Source of the DNA: an uncultured delta proteobacterium
Lineage (GTDB): Bacteria; Myxococcota; Myxococcia; Myxococcales; Anaeromyxobacteraceae
Direction of reading: 5' to 3'
NCBI GenBank assembly: GCA_963828255.1
Contig: CAWHDZ010000027.1
Location: 96,001 to 160,000, forward strand
Length of the DNA: 64,000 nucleotides
In this document: positions 58,291 to 64,000 of the stretch, one piece after another
How the letters are laid out: each line of letters opens with the position of its first letter
Numbering within the stretch: the stretch's first letter is position 1
Position numbers and translations under genes: made by a program
Notes under the pieces: generated by a model
Told to the model about the DNA's origin: nothing
Database searches by the model: none
Seen by the model: the letters and a program-made list of their open reading frames with translations, nothing else

Positions 58291-59640
58291 TCAGAAGTTC
58301 TCGTTGATGTTGAGGTAGATGCCGTAGGAGCCGTCGAGCCCCACGCCCACCTCGACGAGCCCGTTGGTGCGGGTGGGCTTGTTCACGAGCACGCGGATTC
58401 CCGCGGTGGCCGCCGGGTACCAGTACTGGTAGAGGGGCGCGTTCTGCGGCTCTCCCGCCACGCGCTGCTGGCTGGCCGAGTGGACGTTCAGTCCCACCAC
58501 CCCCCCCACGAAGTCCCAGATCCGGAAGCGGTACTCGGCCTCGGCGTAGAGCAGCGACTTGCCGATGTGGCGCCCCTCGATGTAGCCGCGCCCGGACCGG
58601 GCGTCGGGGTCGGAGCCGATGGAGGGCAGGTCGAGGTAGGGCGTGTTCCCGAACGAGAACCAGCCGTAGGCCCAGAGGGCGAGCACGCTGTGGCGCGACA
58701 CCGGGAAGTAGGCGCGCCCGGTCACGTAGAGTGACTGCCAGTCGAAGTCGCTGCCCATGAAGCGCGGGAAGGCCCGGTAGGTCGCGGTGGCGTAGTAGCC
58801 GTGCGTGGCGTTGACGGGATTGTCCCGGCTCTCCCAGAGCAGGTCGGCGGAGATCCCCACGTTGTTGTACGGCCCGCTCGTGCCGTAGGCATAGGCCGTG
58901 AACGGGTTCACCACGCCCGGCTCCGCGCCGCGGTCGCTCACCGAGTAGTAGCGGTCGAAGTAGAGGCCGGCGCCGACGTAGAGATCGGAGAAGACCCTGC
59001 GGTAGGCCGTCTCCCACAGGCGCAGGAGGCTCTTGTCGACGATGACCTCGTTTCCGGGGGGCGTGTTTCCCCCCAGGCCCCAGGTGGGCGCCGGGAAGAT
59101 CTGCCAGTTGGCGTAGCCGACGAGGCTCCAGTTGCCGCTGCCGAAGAAGATGCTGGTCCGGAGCGGGATGGAGACCTGGTTCTTCACCGTGTAGAGGACG
59201 TTGGTGGCGAACTTGGAGAGCTTGGCCACGTCGTCGTCGAAGCGGAAGACGCCGGCCCCGGCCACTCCGAAGCCGAATCCGATGAGGGGGCTGGTGAGGA
59301 TGAAGGGGACGGCGTTCCAGTGGAACTGCTTCTTCCGCTCCTCGGCCAGCTGCTCGGGGGTCTTCTCCTCGTGAAGCCCGAGGCCGCGCATGATGGCCTC
59401 GGGGAGGTCCATCGAGGCCTCGGCGGGGTCGATGTCGGGGGGCTCCTCCACCGGACCGGGGCGGGCCGCCGGCGGGAAGGCGGTCTCGAGGTCGGGCGCC
59501 TTCTCGTGACCGGGGGGAGGCGGGGTGTCCGGGGCCGCCGCGACGCCGGGTTCGGGCGCGGATGCAAACGCCGGCGCCGCTCCGAGGAGGGCGCCGGCGA
59601 GGAGTGCGGCAACGAGTGAGGAAGGGAGCCGGCGCGCCAC
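58291..59640 (-). CDS. Omp85/BamA-TamA-family outer-membrane barrel without POTRA domains
   Basis: Signal peptide, Pro-rich linker, ESRDNPVNATHG, GRGY (VRGY-like), AEYRF, terminal ENF. Confidence 0.75.
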   Translation of the reverse strand: MARRLPSSLVAALLAGALLGAAPAFASAPEPGVAAAPDTPPPPGHEKAPDLETAFPPAARPGPVEEPPDIDPAEASMDLPEAIMRGLGLHEEKTPEQLAEERKKQFHWNAVPFILTSPLIGFGFGVAGAGVFRFDDDVAKLSKFATNVLYTVKNQVSIPLRTSIFFGSGNWSLVGYANWQIFPAPTWGLGGNTPPGNEVIVDKSLLRLWETAYRRVFSDLYVGAGLYFDRYYSVSDRGAEPGVVNPFTAYAYGTSGPYNNVGISADLLWESRDNPVNATHGYYATATYRAFPRFMGSDFDWQSLYVTGRAYFPVSRHSVLALWAYGWFSFGNTPYLDLPSIGSDPDARSGRGYIEGRHIGKSLLYAEAEYRFRIWDFVGGVVGLNVHSASQQRVAGEPQNAPLYQYWYPAATAGIRVLVNKPTRTNGLVEVGVGLDGSYGIYLNINENF

Positions 59641-59675
59641 GCGCGCAAGATACAGCGAAGGGGCTACTTCGCGCT

Positions 59676-60293
59676 CTACTTCTTGGCCTTCTTGGCGGGA
59701 GCCGGCTCGACGGCGATGCCGACGGACTCGGTGTACTCGGCCATGACCTTGTCTCCGACCTTCAGCTTGTCGATCTGGACGTCCTTGGCGGCCTTCACCT
59801 TGAAGGCGCGCCCCTCGGGGCCGGTCATCGTGACCATGCGGGTCTTCATGTCGATCTTGGTGACCGTGACCGTGCCCTTGATGCCGACCTTGACGTCGCC
59901 GGCCGGCCTGGCGCCGATGGGGGCGGCTTGGCCGGAGGCGGTGACGGTGGGCTCGACGGGCTTGGCGCCGGGCGCCTGGAGCGAGAGGACCACGCCCTGG
60001 CTGACGGTGACCCTGACGACGTCGCCGACCTTGATCTGGTCGAAGTTCTTCACCTCGGGACCCATCTTGATGGTGTCGGTCTCCTTCTTGCCCTTCAGCG
60101 TCACGAGCCGGTTGGCGGCGTCGACGGCCGTGACGGTGGCGGTGACCTGCTCGACGCGGCCGCCGGAGACCATGCCCTTCTGGGTGGACTTTTCGACGGT
60201 GAGGGGCTTCGCGGCCTCGTCGGCGGCGAGGATGACGGCGGGGGACAGCGCCAAGCCGAGGGCGGCCAGGGAGAGGAAGAGCTTGCGGTTCAT
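59676..60293 (-). CDS. Periplasmic protein with two repeated OB-fold-like domains
   Basis: Signal peptide; repeated TVT.(V/I)D...R.VT..G ... KVGD.V. Confidence 0.75.
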   Translation of the reverse strand: MNRKLFLSLAALGLALSPAVILAADEAAKPLTVEKSTQKGMVSGGRVEQVTATVTAVDAANRLVTLKGKKETDTIKMGPEVKNFDQIKVGDVVRVTVSQGVVLSLQAPGAKPVEPTVTASGQAAPIGARPAGDVKVGIKGTVTVTKIDMKTRMVTMTGPEGRAFKVKAAKDVQIDKLKVGDKVMAEYTESVGIAVEPAPAKKAKK

Positions 60294-60370
60294 CGTGCCT
60301 CCAGGGGCGGTTGAGTGGGGGGAGAGCATAGCCGGACGGGCCGGGCCGGGCTGTTACTTTTCGGGTTGCG

Positions 60371-61456
60371 TCAGCTGGGGGGGTAGCGGGCCCAGGATCC
60401 GCACTGCCCGCCGTCGCAGGGGAGGCTGCCCGCGCCGTAGTGGCGGTGCAGGTCGTCGGCCACCTGCTCGATCACGTCGCGCAGCTCGAGCCGCTCCAGC
60501 CAGCGGCGCGGGATGGAGAGCTCGCCCAGCGCCACGCCGAGAAGGCTCCCGGCGATGGAGCCGGTGGAGTCGCTGTCGCCGCCGTGGTTCACCGCGAGGA
60601 GAACCCCGTGCTCGAAGCTCTCGGCGGCCAGCGCCGCGTAGAGTCCGATGGCCAGCGCCTCCTCGGCCACCCAGCCCTCCCCCAGCGACTCGACGTCGGC
60701 GGCCGAGCCGCGCGGCGCCCGCGAGAGCCAGAGCGCCCTCTCCACCGCGCTGGCCGTCTCCTCGTGGCCGGGGTGGCGGCGCAGCACGTCGAGGGCGCGC
60801 ACCGCCCCCTCGTCGAGGCTGGCGCCGTCGGCCACGTCGTGGACGAGCTGCGCCAGGTAGCCGGCCGAGAGCCACCCGGTCGGGTGACCGTGGGTGATGG
60901 CGGCGAGCTCGCAGCCGACCCGGAAGGGCTGGCCGGGGGCGAAGCCCACCGGGGCGATGCGCATCACGCCGCCGCAGCCCTTGCTGTCGTTGATGGCGAC
61001 CTCGGGCGTTCCCATGCGCCCCTTGCGCAGCGCCGAGAGGCAGGTCTCGCCAGGCCCCCTCACGGCGTGCAGGTCGCGCATGCGGACCAGCCAGCCCTCC
61101 TCGTCGGGGATGCCGCGGCGCTGGACCACGTCGCCCTGGGTCTCCAGCCAGCGCAGGTAGGCGTGCCAGGCCACCTCCCCGACCTTGGCCTCCGGGATGC
61201 GGTGGCGGAGGTGCTCGGCCCGCAGGAGGGCCTCGGCGGTGAAGAGGGTCATCTGGGTGTCGTCGGTGACCGCGCCCAGGCGCCTGTAGGCCATGCCGTA
61301 GTCGCGCAGCCCGGCCGGCCCGAACTCGGCCCGGATCTCGGCGAGGGTCTTGAACTCGATGGAGGCGCCCAGCGCGTCGCCGACCGCGCCGCCGAGCAGG
61401 CAACCGCGGAAGCTGGCCCGCGTCCTTGCGCCCCGGATCTTCCTCGCGTCGCTCAC
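60371..61456 (-). CDS. ADP-ribosylglycohydrolase family protein
   Basis: GGAVGDALG, TDDTQMT, SKGCGGVMR, THGH, GGDSDSTG; start uncertain. Confidence 0.92.
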   Translation of the reverse strand: MSDARKIRGARTRASFRGCLLGGAVGDALGASIEFKTLAEIRAEFGPAGLRDYGMAYRRLGAVTDDTQMTLFTAEALLRAEHLRHRIPEAKVGEVAWHAYLRWLETQGDVVQRRGIPDEEGWLVRMRDLHAVRGPGETCLSALRKGRMGTPEVAINDSKGCGGVMRIAPVGFAPGQPFRVGCELAAITHGHPTGWLSAGYLAQLVHDVADGASLDEGAVRALDVLRRHPGHEETASAVERALWLSRAPRGSAADVESLGEGWVAEEALAIGLYAALAAESFEHGVLLAVNHGGDSDSTGSIAGSLLGVALGELSIPRRWLERLELRDVIEQVADDLHRHYGAGSLPCDGGQCGSWARYPPS

Positions 61457-61627
61457 GTCGCCCGTGACCTCCCCTTCCGGCGCGCCCGGCCGCGTGGATT
61501 CTGGCACAGAAAGCGTCCGATCCGGTGGAGGGACCTGCTGGCGGCGCGGGTGCACCTGGCGATCGCTTTCACGCCCCAGGATGGGAGCAGGGATGCTAGG
61601 ATTCCCACCCCAGTCGAGATTCGAGAC

Positions 61628-63502
61628 ATGACGAGCGGCAAGGCCATCCAGATCCTGGCGGCAGCGGTGCTGGCGCTATCCTTCCTCCCCTCCTGCAAGC
61701 GGACGGAGCCGGAGAAGGCGTCCGTCCCCCGGCCTCCGGCGTCCGTTCCCGGTCCGGAGGCGACCAGTCCACAGGAGCCCGATCGACTCCCTGCGCCACC
61801 CTCGCTCCCGGCCCCGCCCTCCGCCGATCCCGGGCGTCCGGAAGTCCGCACCGCGCGCCCCGTCACCCCGAGGGGCATCGTCGCCAGGTCCGGCCCCGGC
61901 CCCACCGAGGTCGAGCTGTCCTGGAAGCCCGCCCCCGAGAACGACGGCGTGACCCGATATGAGGTGACCGCGGACGGCGCCGTGGTCGCCCTCGGGCCTG
62001 CTGCCAGCGCCCGCGTCGGAGGGCTCCCCTCGGGGCGCGAGCACTGCTTCACCGTCAGTGCACTGGACGCTGCCGGCAACCGCTCCCTTCCGTCGGCACC
62101 GGCCTGCGCGGCCGTGCCGGACGTCACGCCGCCCACGGCGCCGACCGAGCTGGTGGCCGAGGCGAACGCAGCTCGGGTCGATCTCCACTGGTCCGCCGCC
62201 ACCGACGACGTCGGCGTGGCCGGATACGAGGTGCTCCGTGGAGGTGCCCTGGTCACCGCCACCCAGGCGACCGCTGCGACCGAGTCCGATCTGAAGGCCG
62301 CCGTGGCCCATTGCTACGTCGTCGTCGCCCTCGACGCGGCGGGAAACCGCTCGGCGCCGTCGGCCCCTGCCTGTGCCACGCTCCCCGACTTGACGCCGCC
62401 ATCCGCGCCGGGCGCCCTCCGGGCCACGTCGCCGTCCGAGACCGACGTGGTGCTGTCGTGGGGAGCGGCCACGGACGACGTGGGCGTGACCGGATACGAA
62501 GTGGCCCGGGGCGACGCGGTCGCGATCCGGGCGCCCGGCACGAGCGCCGGCGACACCGGCCTCGCGGCAGGGACCACCCACTGCTATCGCGTGCGGGCGC
62601 TCGACGCCGCCGGCAACCGGGGCCCCTTTTCCCCCGAGGCCTGCGTCACCACGCTCGACCTCGCCCCTCCCTCGATGCCCGGGTCGGTCGTCGCGGCGGA
62701 GGGGGCCCGCTCGGAGGTGCGCGTCCGCTGGGGGGCATCCACCGACAACGTCGGCGTGGCGCGCTACGAGGTGCGGCGCGAGGGCAAGCTGGTTGAAACC
62801 ACGGACGGGCTGACGATCGCCGAAGCTGGTCTCCCCGAGGGAACCTTCCTCTGCTACACGGTCAAGGCCTTCGACAGGGCCGGCAACGCCTCCGCCGTGA
62901 CCCTTCCCGCTTGCACCACGCTTCCGGACCGGACCCCACCCAGCGTGCCCACCGGCGTCCGGTCCGTGGCCGTCTCCGGAAACCAAGTCTTCGTCACCTG
63001 GATCCCGTCCAGGGACAACGTGGCGGTGGAGGGCTACGAGGTCCTGCGGGACGGGGCGGTGGTGGCACGGGACGGCAGGCCTCGGGTCACGGTGGCGCCC
63101 CTCTCCCCCGAGACGCGGCACTGCTTCACCGTCCGCGCAGTAGACGTGGCCGGAAACCGTTCCGGCGAGAGCCCCGAGGCCTGCTCCAGGACCGCCGAGG
63201 CCGGCGCGATCGTCGCGCCGACCAACCTCCAGGCGAGAGCGGAGGGGGACGACGAGATCGTGTTCACGTGGGACCCGTCGCCGGAGAAGGGGGTCGTCTA
63301 CGTGGTGTTCTGGGAGGGGGACGAGAAGGGGGGCGGTGCCTCGCCGAAGGGACCGATCGGACGAAGGATCGCGACCACGCCGCACGCCACCATCCGGCTT
63401 TCCAAGAACTTCACCAAGGCCGACCGCTGCTTCCGCGTGGCTGCGCAGGGCATGGACCTGAGGTTCTCCCCTCAGACGTTGCCCGCCTGCGCGGGGAAGT
63501 GA
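61628..63502 (+). CDS. Lipoprotein with six tandem fibronectin type III domains
   Basis: Lipobox LPSC, Pro-rich linker, repeats of W..(A/S)TD.VGV..YEV ... ALDAAGN.S. Confidence 0.88.
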   Translation: MTSGKAIQILAAAVLALSFLPSCKRTEPEKASVPRPPASVPGPEATSPQEPDRLPAPPSLPAPPSADPGRPEVRTARPVTPRGIVARSGPGPTEVELSWKPAPENDGVTRYEVTADGAVVALGPAASARVGGLPSGREHCFTVSALDAAGNRSLPSAPACAAVPDVTPPTAPTELVAEANAARVDLHWSAATDDVGVAGYEVLRGGALVTATQATAATESDLKAAVAHCYVVVALDAAGNRSAPSAPACATLPDLTPPSAPGALRATSPSETDVVLSWGAATDDVGVTGYEVARGDAVAIRAPGTSAGDTGLAAGTTHCYRVRALDAAGNRGPFSPEACVTTLDLAPPSMPGSVVAAEGARSEVRVRWGASTDNVGVARYEVRREGKLVETTDGLTIAEAGLPEGTFLCYTVKAFDRAGNASAVTLPACTTLPDRTPPSVPTGVRSVAVSGNQVFVTWIPSRDNVAVEGYEVLRDGAVVARDGRPRVTVAPLSPETRHCFTVRAVDVAGNRSGESPEACSRTAEAGAIVAPTNLQARAEGDDEIVFTWDPSPEKGVVYVVFWEGDEKGGGASPKGPIGRRIATTPHATIRLSKNFTKADRCFRVAAQGMDLRFSPQTLPACAGK

Positions 63503-63590
63503 AAACGGGAGAGAGCCCCGGCCGTCCACCGGAACTCCCTCCCACTGCGACCGGCGCGCCCTGGGGGGACGAAACCGGCACTGCGAGATT

Positions 63591-63719
63591 TCAGGCCCTT
63601 CGTAGCAGCTGGCGCACGGGGCGCCGCACCGGCACCGGGGACGCCGCCCGGATCGCCTGCGCAGCCCGGAGGGTCGCCGCCAGGGCGATGATGCCGATGA
63701 CCATGATCAGGGTCGTCAC
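63591..63719 (-). CDS. Small (42 aa) single-TM protein
   Basis: SD GGAGGA a few nt before GTG 63719; hydrophobic LIMVIGIIALAA followed by a basic tail. Confidence 0.5.
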   Translation of the reverse strand: MTTLIMVIGIIALAATLRAAQAIRAASPVPVRRPVRQLLRRA

Positions 63720-63760
63720 GGCTCGTTCCTCCTGCTCCAGCGTGTTGCGTGGGCCTCGTC

Positions 63761-64000
63761 CTACTGGTTCGGGTAGATGTCGGGGTGGCAGACCTCGCAC
63801 CCGTTCCAGACGGCGTGCTTCCTGTCGGAGAAGATCACGTTCGACGCCCGCCCCATCGACTTGATGGTGACGTCCATGTCCATGGCGAGGGGCTTGCGCG
63901 GGATGGACATGCCGGGCAGTTCGTCCACCGGACGGACGAGCCTCGCTGCCTCGGCCGCATCCCAGTCGATCTCGCCGGTCTGCTCGCCCCGGGGCATCTT
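63761..64000 (-). CDS. C-terminal fragment of a c7-type multiheme cytochrome (gene starts beyond the window)
   Basis: IDW..A....LVRP linker and VIFSDRKHAVWNGCEVCHPDIY. Confidence 0.75.
   Translation of the reverse strand, partial: KMPRGEQTGEIDWDAAEAARLVRPVDELPGMSIPRKPLAMDMDVTIKSMGRASNVIFSDRKHAVWNGCEVCHPDIYPNQ

Noticed and set aside
60371..61456. ADP-ribosylglycohydrolase as antitoxin or DraG of a modification system
   Set aside because: No ADP-ribosyltransferase, draT or nif gene is adjacent in the window.
60440..61627. N-terminal 400 aa of the 1020-aa ORF as an ARH-FN3 fusion or extra domain
   Set aside because: It is the antisense shadow of the ADP-ribosylglycohydrolase; the lipoprotein signal peptide starts at ATG 61628.
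63716..63763. Stop-codon readthrough restoring the truncated cytochrome
   Set aside because: The in-frame sequence after the TAG has no CxxCH and meets a TGA within about 15 codons.

Overview
A GC-rich bacterial chromosomal window that is densely coding, with about 60 genes. Gene content (multiheme cytochromes, msrPQ, bfd-bfr, FN3 lipoprotein, multicopy HNH family) suggests an Anaeromyxobacter-like member of Myxococcota; this taxonomy is inference only. Ordinary content: a purine nucleoside ABC transporter with gpt, a two-subunit biotin-dependent acyl-CoA carboxylase, a LIV-type ABC/acyl-CoA ligase/FabH operon running into AGT-glcDEF, bfd-bfr with a Fur box, msrPQ, an IorAB-like molybdoenzyme, PPK2, an amidase, a cold-shock gene and outer-membrane proteins. 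No rRNA, tRNA, CRISPR array or recognisable transposase was found. The most unusual region is 43.4-52.6 kb. It holds two direct-orientation paralogous HNH-nuclease elements that share a conserved non-coding 5' end, have a hairpin-rich leader (intact copy) and lack a stop codon of their own. Between them lies a candidate sterol-modification cassette: an SRD5A-type steroid 5-alpha-reductase, an ERG2/sigma-1-type isomerase, two extended SDRs and an SRPBCC protein. All functional calls come from motif recognition by eye; no database searches were run.
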